Shown: positions 56,217-64,000 of the stretch, in pieces | How positions within the stretch are numbered: position 1 is the first letter of the stretch | Layout: every line of letters begins with the position of its first letter | NCBI GenBank assembly: GCA_031551405.1 | Contig: JAVBNQ010000005.1 | Location: 33,743 to 97,742, forward strand | Direction: 5' to 3' | DNA length: 64,000 nt | Origin: a bacterium | GTDB taxonomy: Bacteria > RUG730 | The notes under the pieces: model-generated | Databases searched by the model: none | What the model saw: the letters and a program-made list of their open reading frames with translations, nothing else | Told to the model about the DNA's origin: nothing | Position numbers and translations under genes: made by a program

Positions 56217-57335
56217 ATGGACAAACCTACTTCAAAATATACTTTCGATAAATTTGTACGAATAATTTTCACAACGGCAATTTTAATTTGTTTGTATTTT
56301 TTGCTAAAATATTTGAGTCCGGTTTTAATCCCATTTGTTGTAGCCTTGCTCTTAGCGTACCTCATAAATCCTGTAATAGTTTTCTTTGAAAAACACGTAA
56401 AAAGCCGTGTACTTGCAGTCTGGATCACAATATTCTTATTGCTTCTCATAACTTTATTTGCGATTTTGGTGATAATCCCGCAGATTTCCAAAGAATTAAC
56501 GCAAACTTACACTTTCGTGAATAATTTACTGGAAAATCAAGCTATTCTCGATCACAAGGATTCCAAATATAATCTCATTTCCTTCTTTTGGACAAAAGTT
56601 CAAAACTTCCTCCAGCGCGACGAAATCAAAATTATTACCAAAGTTGAAAGTTTTAAAGTCCTTTTAAACGAGCTCAGCAAGTCCGTTTTCCCAACTGTAA
56701 TATCGATATTCAATGGCGCGCTCAGCTTAGTCGGATTCATTTTGAGCCTATGTTTGGTTTTATTGTATTTAACGTTCATGATGTTTGGCTTCAATCAACT
56801 AAAATACGAATGGCAAACTCTAATTCCAGAAAATTACAGGCAAAAAGTTTTAGATTTCATACGTACTTTCAACACTTCAATGAATAATTATTTCCGAGGA
56901 CAAACGTTAGTTGCTCTTTGCGTTGGGATTTTATTTTCGATAGGTTTTATTATCCTAAAACTTCCTATGGCGCTAATTCTCGGTATTTTTTTTGGAATTT
57001 TAAACATCATTCCGTATATGCAAGTTTTTGGTTATTTACCAGCTGTAATTCTCTCCATCTTAAAGTCAATCAACACCGGCATGCCTATCTGGAAATCGAT
57101 TGCTTTAACTTTTTTGTCAATAATAATCGTCCAAATTATTCAAGATACTATTTTAGTGCCTAGAATCGTCAGAAAAACGACCGGACTCCATCCCGTCATG
57201 ATAATTTTATCGCTTTCTGTCTGGGGCAGACTTTTCGGATTTTTAGGGTTTTTAATAGCAATCCCGTTCACGTGTTTGCTTTTAGAGTATTACAATAAAA
57301 TCATAAACAAAAAATCTTCAATTGAGTCGAGGTAA
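56217..57335 (+). CDS. AI-2E family transporter (PerM-like membrane protein)
   Basis: 372-aa multi-pass membrane protein with AI-2E/UPF0118 family topology. Confidence 0.7.
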   Translation: MDKPTSKYTFDKFVRIIFTTAILICLYFLLKYLSPVLIPFVVALLLAYLINPVIVFFEKHVKSRVLAVWITIFLLLLITLFAILVIIPQISKELTQTYTFVNNLLENQAILDHKDSKYNLISFFWTKVQNFLQRDEIKIITKVESFKVLLNELSKSVFPTVISIFNGALSLVGFILSLCLVLLYLTFMMFGFNQLKYEWQTLIPENYRQKVLDFIRTFNTSMNNYFRGQTLVALCVGILFSIGFIILKLPMALILGIFFGILNIIPYMQVFGYLPAVILSILKSINTGMPIWKSIALTFLSIIIVQIIQDTILVPRIVRKTTGLHPVMIILSLSVWGRLFGFLGFLIAIPFTCLLLEYYNKIINKKSSIESR

Positions 57336-57338
57336 AAA

Positions 57339-57719
57339 ATGGCTTTATATTCAGATATAGTGATGGATCACTTTGAGAATCCGAGGAACGTCGGAATAAT
57401 AGAAAATGCAGATGGAGTTGGAGAAGTCGGAAATACTGCTTGTGGCGACATAATGACTTTCTACATCAAAGTCAAAGACAATATCGTCACCGACATAAAA
57501 TTTAAAACTTTTGGGTGTGGAGCTGCGATTGCAGTCTCATCGATGGTTTCAGAAATGGCAAAAAATAAAACTATCGAGGAAGTCCTTGAAATAACAAACA
57601 AAAAAGTTGCAGAAATGCTCGGCGGACTTCCATCTCACAAAATGCACTGTTCAAATCTTGGAGCTGACGCTCTCAAAAAAGCAATTCAGAATTATCAAGA
57701 AAAACAGCAAAAAAAATAA
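57339..57719 (+). CDS. Fe-S cluster assembly scaffold, IscU/NifU N-terminal domain type
   Basis: 126 aa; three conserved Cys in NTACGD, FGCGAA and HCSNLG contexts. Confidence 0.85.
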   Translation: MALYSDIVMDHFENPRNVGIIENADGVGEVGNTACGDIMTFYIKVKDNIVTDIKFKTFGCGAAIAVSSMVSEMAKNKTIEEVLEITNKKVAEMLGGLPSHKMHCSNLGADALKKAIQNYQEKQQKK

Positions 57720-57738
57720 GTCTTGTAAAAAACTGCTT

Positions 57739-57823
57739 GGAGAGATCGCATAGTGGTTTAGTGCACACGCCTGGAAAGCGTGAAACGGGCAACCGTTCGG
57801 GGGTTCGAATCCCCCTCTCTCCG
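57739..57823 (+). tRNA. tRNA-Ser (anticodon GGA)
   Basis: Hand-folded cloverleaf: acceptor GGAGAGA/TCTCTCC, 3-bp D-stem, anticodon stem CACGC/GCGTG with loop CTGGAAA, long variable arm with ACGG/CCGT stem, T-arm GGGGG-TTCGAAT-CCCCC; 85 nt; CCA not encoded. Confidence 0.85.
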
Positions 57824-57871
57824 GTCATTGCATAACGGGCAATAATTCGTGGCTCCGCATCAAAGTTTTAG

Positions 57872-58015
57872 AGTAAAACTTTTTGACTCTGCTAATATTA
57901 GCTGTGCGCAGCATTTTTTGAAAATTTTCCCTATCTCAGAAATGTTTGGGGCGTCGTTTTCTTTTGGTTCATTTTCTTTCTGGACGAGCAAAAAAAATGA
58001 ACAAGGCTCGCAATC
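57872..58015. repeat. Intergenic repeat element, copy B, downstream of tRNA-Ser and upstream of hydG
   Basis: 5' ~107 nt match copy A (45258..45366); 3' part (...ggacgagcaaaaaaaatgRacaaRgc...) matches copy C (18011..18070). Confidence 0.6.
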
Positions 58016-58069
58016 TCGTTTCTAAGATATCTAAACTCTAGATTTCATCCAAATTTAAGGATCACCACA

Positions 58070-59431
58070 ATGAAATACATCGACGAACAAAAAATCAATG
58101 AACTTCTTACAAAAAAATCAACTTTAAATCTCGATTCAATTCTCGACAAAACAAAAAAACTTGAACGTCTAAGTTTAGAAGAAACGGCATTTTTATTGAA
58201 TTGCGAAGATAGCTTTAGCCTACAAAAAATTTTTGATGCTGCCAAATTCGTAAAAAACGAAATCTATGGAAAACGCGTCGTGATGTTTACGCCGCTTTAC
58301 GTCAGTAATTTCTGCGTAAACAATTGTAAATATTGCTCTTTCCGTGTTGATAATCAGCAAATTATCCGCAAGGCTTTGTCTCCAGAGGAAATTCGCGAGC
58401 AAGTTTTGTGGCTTCTAAAGCGTGGCCACAAACGCATTCTTCTCGTAGCTGGCGAAGCCGCAAAGCCAGGAGTAAAATTGATTGATTACTATGTGTCTTG
58501 TATCGAGGCGATTTATTCAGTGGAATACAATGGACACTCGATACGACGAGTAAACATAAATTGCGCTCCTCTTGAAGTTGAGGATTTCAAAAAACTGAAA
58601 GCAGCAAAAATTGGAACGTATCAAATTTTTCAGGAAACATATCACGATGAAACATACAAAAAAATGCATCCTTCCGGACCAAAAAACGATGGAGACAACA
58701 GAATTTCTGCAATTGATCGGGCTTTTCAGGCTGGAATTGACGACGTAGGATTCGGCGTTTTGTACGGACTTTACGACTACAAATTCGAAACTTTGGCAAT
58801 GCTCGCGCACGTCGAAGCTCTAGAAAAAAAATATGGTGTCGGACCACACACGATTTCTGTACCAAGACTTGAGCCGGCAATAGGCGTGGATTTTACGAAC
58901 GAAAAGTTTCATTTTGTAAAAGACGAGGAATTCGAAAAAATCGTCGCTGTTTTGAGGCTCGCTGTGCCATACACCGGCTTAATCTTGTCAACTAGAGAAA
59001 CTGCTGCAATGCGCGATAAACTTTTAAGCCTTGGGATTTCACAAATGAGTGCAGAATCCAGCACTGCGCCAGGAGGTTATTCCGACGAGAACGAAAATTC
59101 ACAGTTTTGCGTGAGTGATCACCGAAATCTCGAGGAAATGATTGAGACGATTTTGAATTTTGGATTCATCCCGAGCTTTTGCACGGCTTGCTACAGAAGC
59201 AATCGAACTGGTAAAAATTTTATGGATCTCGCAAAACCAGGAAAAATCAAAGGCAAATGTAGTCTAAATTCGTTAATTACTTTGAAGGAATATTTGGATG
59301 ATTTCGCGAATGAAAATTTGAAAAAACGCGGCTATGAATTAATCAAAAAAGAAATGGAAAATTTAACTTTAGACGATAAAAAAGCATTAGAAAAAATTTT
59401 TGAAACAGACAAAAAAGATAAATTTGTATAA
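58070..59431 (+). CDS. hydG: [FeFe]-hydrogenase maturase HydG (radical SAM; ThiH-like)
   Basis: N-terminal radical SAM CVNNCKYC (Cx3Cx2C) plus C-terminal CTAC-x22-C (Cx2Cx22C), the second cluster motif that distinguishes HydG from ThiH. Confidence 0.8.
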   Translation: MKYIDEQKINELLTKKSTLNLDSILDKTKKLERLSLEETAFLLNCEDSFSLQKIFDAAKFVKNEIYGKRVVMFTPLYVSNFCVNNCKYCSFRVDNQQIIRKALSPEEIREQVLWLLKRGHKRILLVAGEAAKPGVKLIDYYVSCIEAIYSVEYNGHSIRRVNINCAPLEVEDFKKLKAAKIGTYQIFQETYHDETYKKMHPSGPKNDGDNRISAIDRAFQAGIDDVGFGVLYGLYDYKFETLAMLAHVEALEKKYGVGPHTISVPRLEPAIGVDFTNEKFHFVKDEEFEKIVAVLRLAVPYTGLILSTRETAAMRDKLLSLGISQMSAESSTAPGGYSDENENSQFCVSDHRNLEEMIETILNFGFIPSFCTACYRSNRTGKNFMDLAKPGKIKGKCSLNSLITLKEYLDDFANENLKKRGYELIKKEMENLTLDDKKALEKIFETDKKDKFV

Positions 59432-59445
59432 AAAAACGAGGAAAA

Positions 59446-60753
59446 ATGTTTGTAGATAGAACAAAAATTTTTATAAAAGCCGGAAACGGTGGCGATGGTT
59501 GCATCAGTTTCAGGCGTGAAAAATTCGTAGAATTCGGCGGTCCAGACGGTGGAAATGGAGGCAAAGGCGGCGACGTATATTTTGTGGCTGATAGAAATTA
59601 CGTAACTTTGTACGATTTCACGAGGAATAGACATTTTTTTGCAAAAGATGGAGCTCGTGGTGAAGGGAAATTAAAAAATGGCGCGGGCGGCGAAGATCTA
59701 ACTATAAGAATTCCGTGCGGATCTGAGGTTTACCTTTTTAATGAAGAAACCGGCGAAAAAACTTTCAAAGTCGATTTGGTAAATGACGGCGACAAATTCA
59801 AAATCGCGAACGGCGGACGAGGAGGGCGAGGCAACGCAACTTTCAAAACTCAAACGCGAACAGCCCCACGAATTGCCGAAAAAGGTGAGCCCGGCGATGA
59901 TATCGCAATAGTTCTCGAGTTGAAATTAATTGCAAATATTGGACTTTTGGGCTATCCAAATGCCGGGAAATCGACTTTTCTCGCGTCAACAACTAATGCA
60001 AAACCAAAAATTGCCGATTACCCGTTCACGACTCTAACTCCAAATCTCGGCGTCGTAAAATATTTCGATAGACAATTTGTGATTGCGGATATTCCTGGTA
60101 TTATCGAGGGAGCTCACGAAGGAAAAGGTCTTGGATTTGATTTTTTGAGGCATGTTGAGAGGACAAAATTATTACTTCATCTCATCGACGTGAACGGCCA
60201 GGATAAAAAAAACATTTACGAGAATTTTATCACGATGAACCAAGAACTTTTCTTATACAACCCGAATCTTGCCAAGAAAAAACAGGTTGTTTTGATTACA
60301 AAAATAGATACATTTCTCGATACAAGAGATACTAGAAACCAGCTTGAAAAACTTAAGAAAAAAATTCTAGCAAGCAAAAAATATAACGTTTTAAAAATTT
60401 TTGAGATTTCTGCTGTTACTCACGATGGCATAAGAAAATTTTTGGATTATTTGCGCGATTTGATGGACAGCGAAATTTTAAACGAAGCTGACGAGAACGA
60501 GAAGAAGGAAAATATCACGAAATTCAAGCTTGAGCCAAATTTTACAGTTACTCGAGATGAAAACGTATTTTATGTGACAGGGAAGAAAATTGAGACTCTA
60601 GTGTCTATGACATATTTTAACGAGCCGGAAGCTTTAATGCGATTCCAAAATATTTTAAAAAAAATGGGGCTTGATGACGAATTAAAAAAACAAGGAATTT
60701 GCGAGGGAGATCTAGTCGTAATTAGCGATTTTGAGTTTTATTTTAAAAATTAA
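59446..60753 (+). CDS. obg: GTPase Obg/CgtA
   Basis: Glycine-rich Obg fold N-terminus (GNGGDGCISFRREKF...GGPDGGNGGKGGDV), G-domain GYPNAGKST, DIPG. Confidence 0.9.
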   Translation: MFVDRTKIFIKAGNGGDGCISFRREKFVEFGGPDGGNGGKGGDVYFVADRNYVTLYDFTRNRHFFAKDGARGEGKLKNGAGGEDLTIRIPCGSEVYLFNEETGEKTFKVDLVNDGDKFKIANGGRGGRGNATFKTQTRTAPRIAEKGEPGDDIAIVLELKLIANIGLLGYPNAGKSTFLASTTNAKPKIADYPFTTLTPNLGVVKYFDRQFVIADIPGIIEGAHEGKGLGFDFLRHVERTKLLLHLIDVNGQDKKNIYENFITMNQELFLYNPNLAKKKQVVLITKIDTFLDTRDTRNQLEKLKKKILASKKYNVLKIFEISAVTHDGIRKFLDYLRDLMDSEILNEADENEKKENITKFKLEPNFTVTRDENVFYVTGKKIETLVSMTYFNEPEALMRFQNILKKMGLDDELKKQGICEGDLVVISDFEFYFKN

Positions 60754-60771
60754 AGTGAAAAAGGTCATTTT

Positions 60772-61407
60772 ATGCTCGACAATTCATTCTTATACGTTGT
60801 GACAAAGCAACCTAAAAACTTTGAAAATTACGAAACCGCAGTTGAAAAAGCCTTGAAAGGCGGAGCAGACGTGATTCAATATCGTGATTCGAGCGATAGA
60901 ACAGATAAAGAAAGATTAAAAATTATAAAAAAACTTCAAATTTTGACTCAAGATTTCGGAAAAATTTTGATAGTAAACAATAGAATCGATCTTGCAATAC
61001 TGGGACAAGCCGACGGAGTCCACTTGGGACAAGAAGATTTGAGCGTCAAAGAAGCAAAAAATTTCACACAAAAGTACTCGAGCCAAAAAAACTTTCTTAT
61101 CGGCATCTCGACTCACTCGCTAGCTCAAGCTGAAGAAGCGGAACAAAACGGCGCTTCTTATGTCGGGATTGGACCTTTATTCGCGACGGAAACGAAACCG
61201 ACTTACATTCCGATTGGTATAGAAACTGCAAAGCTTGTGACCCAAAAATTGAAGATTCCAGCATTCGCGATAGGAAACGTAAATCTTTCAAATCTCGACG
61301 ATATTTTAGCAAATGGCATAAAAAGAGTCGCTGTAGTTCGAGCGATTTTTGACTCGATAAACATCGAAAAAACAACCTCAATATTCAAAGCCAAACTAAA
61401 AAAATGA
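60772..61407 (+). CDS. thiE: Thiamine-phosphate synthase
   Basis: 211 aa; TMP-synthase TIM-barrel motifs (VIQYRDS, GADGVHLGQEDL, IGISTHS, YVGIGPLFATETK). Confidence 0.8.
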   Translation: MLDNSFLYVVTKQPKNFENYETAVEKALKGGADVIQYRDSSDRTDKERLKIIKKLQILTQDFGKILIVNNRIDLAILGQADGVHLGQEDLSVKEAKNFTQKYSSQKNFLIGISTHSLAQAEEAEQNGASYVGIGPLFATETKPTYIPIGIETAKLVTQKLKIPAFAIGNVNLSNLDDILANGIKRVAVVRAIFDSINIEKTTSIFKAKLKK

Positions 61408-62876
61408 CTGCAAAACTTATTCGTAAAATTTTTGTGTCGATATTTTTTATGTATCTTTTTGGTATAATTTTTGCGAACTATTTTGGGGCTTGGAATTTTC
61501 CTGCAAAAACAAAAACTTTACCGCCAAATTTAATTAGAGAACGCGCTTTAGTCGTTGGTCAGGTTTCAAATTTTGCGCAATTTTATGAAAAATTTCATAA
61601 AAAACGAACTAAATTCACACTAAAATTAAAAAAAATTAATAATGTTGATTTATCTCGAAAAAATATAAAACTTTTTGTAGACCTCAATCTATGGCAAAAC
61701 TATATTCCAGATTATGGTGATGTGATTGAAATTAATGCAAAAATAGAAGAAATCGACGTCAAAAATCGTTACGAAACAAACCAAAAATATCGAAATATTT
61801 ATTACAAAATTTCTGAAAATTCTATCGGAAATTACAAAAACATAAGGAAATCTGATGGTTTCAAAGAAATTTTAGTTGATACGAGAAAAGCTGTTTTAAA
61901 CAAAATACTTTTGCTGTATCAAACCGGTTTTCCGAGAGAAATTTTGCCGGCCATTATTATAGGCGACACCAACTTTATTTCTAAAAAAACCAAGGATTTC
62001 GTGTCGTCGGCAGGACTTAGCCACATCATCTCGATTTCCGGCATGCATCTTGCGATAATTTTTATGATTATATCGTTCTTTTTTAAGAATAAAAAAAGTT
62101 GGATTTTTTTCGTAACCATACTGACAGCGATTTGGTTTTATTCTCTTTTAACAGGGTTTAGTCCGTCGTGTGTTCGTTCAGCAATTATGCTGACTTTTCT
62201 GGTCGTAGCGAATGTTTTTGGAAAATCAGCTTTTACCATCAATAATCTCGTCATTACCTGCTTTTTGATGCTCGTTATAAATCCAAGGCAATTATTTCAA
62301 ATAAGTTTTTTGTTTTCTTTTTTAGGCGTTTTTTCTATAATCTATTTCTTCGATTTTTGGAAGAATATTTTTACATCGATATTTCCCAAAAATCCGATAA
62401 AAAATAAAAATCAAAACCTGCTAAAAAAAATAATTTTGTACCCGATAATTACTCTGCGTGAAATATTTTTTGTCTCGCTAGCAGCACAAACTTTGCTGTC
62501 GCCTTTTGTATGTTTTTATTTTAAAAGTCTGAATTTATCATCGATTTTGTTCAATCTTGTGTTCGTGCCTTTCGTCGGTATAATAATGTGGCTTACTTTT
62601 GCAACTGTCGGGGTTTCGTATATTTCTCTTTCATTCGCAAAATTTTTAGCCGTATTCAATAGTTTTCTACTCAACAAAATTTTCGAAATTTGCCTTGCTC
62701 TTCACGATAAATTCAGTATTTTTATTAAAGCTAGTTTTGATGTTTTTTATTTGTTAAATTTAGTAATTTTTTTATTATTTTTGCCTATTTTGCCCGATAT
62801 TAAGAGGAATTTTCGTTATTTACGACTTTATTTGCTTTGCCTGATAATTTTTATTTTCAATATGTTTCTCATCTAA
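61404..62876 (+). CDS. ComEC/Rec2-family membrane protein (competence-domain protein)
   Basis: Multi-pass membrane protein with competence-domain region ...SAGLSHIISISGMHLAII... Confidence 0.6.
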   Translation: MTAKLIRKIFVSIFFMYLFGIIFANYFGAWNFPAKTKTLPPNLIRERALVVGQVSNFAQFYEKFHKKRTKFTLKLKKINNVDLSRKNIKLFVDLNLWQNYIPDYGDVIEINAKIEEIDVKNRYETNQKYRNIYYKISENSIGNYKNIRKSDGFKEILVDTRKAVLNKILLLYQTGFPREILPAIIIGDTNFISKKTKDFVSSAGLSHIISISGMHLAIIFMIISFFFKNKKSWIFFVTILTAIWFYSLLTGFSPSCVRSAIMLTFLVVANVFGKSAFTINNLVITCFLMLVINPRQLFQISFLFSFLGVFSIIYFFDFWKNIFTSIFPKNPIKNKNQNLLKKIILYPIITLREIFFVSLAAQTLLSPFVCFYFKSLNLSSILFNLVFVPFVGIIMWLTFATVGVSYISLSFAKFLAVFNSFLLNKIFEICLALHDKFSIFIKASFDVFYLLNLVIFLLFLPILPDIKRNFRYLRLYLLCLIIFIFNMFLI

Positions 62877-62899
62877 AAAAGCCAATTTTTGAGGTTTTT

Positions 62900-63499
62900 A
62901 TGAATAAAAGAATTTGTGAATTTAACCGAGAGACGCTCGAGACAAATATCTCGATCAAACTAAATCTTGACGGAATGGGAAACCATAAAATCTCGACGAC
63001 AATTCCTTTTCTGGATCACATGCTCAGTCTCTTTGCAAAACACGGAAAATTTGATCTCGAGATAAACGCGAAAGGAGACACAAATATCGACGAGCATCAC
63101 CTTATCGAGGACATGGGAATAAGTTTAGGACAAACGCTAAAAAACAGTCTCGGCGAAAAACGAGGCATAAAAAGATATGGATTTGCGTCGATTCCGATGG
63201 ATGATTCACTCGTCAATTGTAGCCTTGATATTTCAAACAGACCGTTTTTAATTTACAATATGCTCGTTGCAAATCTCACGATTTTTGAAGAAAAAGAAAA
63301 ATATGGACTTTACAAACATTTTTTTAATTCGCTCTCGTGCAATTTAGGATTAACGTTACATTTGAACTTGTTTTACGGTGAGAATTTGCACCATAATCTC
63401 GAGGCCGGATTCAAGGCTTTTGGAATCGCGTTAAAAGAAGCTGTATCGATCGAAGACAAATATGCTGAACAAATTCCTTCGACAAAGGGAATTTTTTAA
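62900..63499 (+). CDS. hisB: Imidazoleglycerol-phosphate dehydratase
   Basis: IGPD motifs (LDHMLSLFAKHG, IDEHHLIEDMGI); start set at ATG 62900 (MNKRICEF..., GAGG upstream) rather than track start 62837. Confidence 0.85.
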   Translation: MNKRICEFNRETLETNISIKLNLDGMGNHKISTTIPFLDHMLSLFAKHGKFDLEINAKGDTNIDEHHLIEDMGISLGQTLKNSLGEKRGIKRYGFASIPMDDSLVNCSLDISNRPFLIYNMLVANLTIFEEKEKYGLYKHFFNSLSCNLGLTLHLNLFYGENLHHNLEAGFKAFGIALKEAVSIEDKYAEQIPSTKGIF

Positions 63500-64000
63500 T
63501 GAAACTTGCGATTTTAGATTATGAGATGGGCAACTTAAACAGCGTCGAAAAAGCATTCGTTTTAGCTACAAAAAATCTAGGTTTGCAAAACAAAATTTCA
63601 ATAAATAATACGAGAGACAAAAATTTTATAGAAAATGCCGATTGCTTAATTTTACCCGGAGTCGGGGCTTTTGGAGCTGCTGTCGAAAATTTGAAAAAAC
63701 TCGGACTTTTCAATACTATCAAAACTTTTGCAGAGAATAAACCGATTTTGGGAATTTGCTTAGGCTACCAACTTTTATTCGAAAAAAGTTTTGAAGACGG
63801 CGAACATAATGGGTTAGCGCTCATAAAAGGAAGCGTAAAAAAATTTAACGCTGACAAAAAAGTTCCGCATATCGGGTGGAATCAAGTGGATTTTGGATCA
63901 AACTTTTTGTTTGAAGGCATTGCACAAAATTCGTATTTTTATTTCGTACACTCGTATTACGTTTCAGTCGACAAAAATTTTGATGGAGATATTTTCTGGA
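63499..64000 (+). CDS. hisH: Imidazole glycerol phosphate synthase, glutamine amidotransferase subunit HisH (3' end beyond window)
   Basis: Manual translation from ATG 63499 (overlaps the hisB stop as TAATG): MKLAILDYEMGNLNSVEKAF...GICLGYQLLFE...HIGWNQV; class-I GATase catalytic Cys. Not in ORF track because it is truncated by the window edge. Confidence 0.85.
   Translation, partial: MKLAILDYEMGNLNSVEKAFVLATKNLGLQNKISINNTRDKNFIENADCLILPGVGAFGAAVENLKKLGLFNTIKTFAENKPILGICLGYQLLFEKSFEDGEHNGLALIKGSVKKFNADKKVPHIGWNQVDFGSNFLFEGIAQNSYFYFVHSYYVSVDKNFDGDIFW

Noticed and set aside
56183-56491. 102-aa minus-strand ORF overlapping the AI-2E transporter start
   Set aside because: Antisense to a membrane protein gene; no motifs; shadow ORF.
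57739-57823. Possibility that the long-variable-arm tRNA is tRNA-Sec or tRNA-Leu
   Set aside because: Acceptor stem is 7 bp (not 8) and the anticodon read from the folded loop is GGA, which specifies Ser.
62837-62899. Upstream extension of hisB (track start 62837)
   Set aside because: The extension overlaps the comEC-like gene 3' end and lacks an RBS; conserved IGPD sequence begins after the ATG at 62900, which has a GAGG RBS.

Overview
Low-GC bacterial chromosomal window (Gram-negative, probably anaerobic: LpxA/LpxI, OmpH-like, autotransporters, HydG, radical SAM, V-type ATPase subunits). Three strand blocks: (i) 1..25430, all minus strand, with housekeeping genes (def, ahcY, purH), an HD-GYP protein, a WecA/MraY-type transferase and two very large Pmp-repeat autotransporter genes, one intact (2,328 aa) and one paralog broken by four lesions; (ii) 25765..40768, plus strand, a small membrane protein followed by a single uninterrupted 14.2-kb ORF (4,745 aa) carrying a signal peptide, hydrophobic/TM clusters and an SF2 (SecA/DEAD-like) ATPase motif set, which I could not assign to any family I recognise and rate as the most interesting object here; (iii) 40927..64000, the CIRCE-controlled hrcA-grpE-dnaK-dnaJ operon, ilvD, V-ATPase B/D, a gnnA/gnnB-like pair next to lpxI-lpxA, tadA, then plus-strand AI-2E transporter, IscU-like, tRNA-Ser(GGA), hydG, obg, thiE, comEC-like, hisB and partial hisH. 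A ~110-nt intergenic repeat family occurs at three loci. No rRNA, CRISPR array or recognisable transposase/integrase. All calls rest on reading the supplied six-frame translations and the raw sequence; no database search was run.
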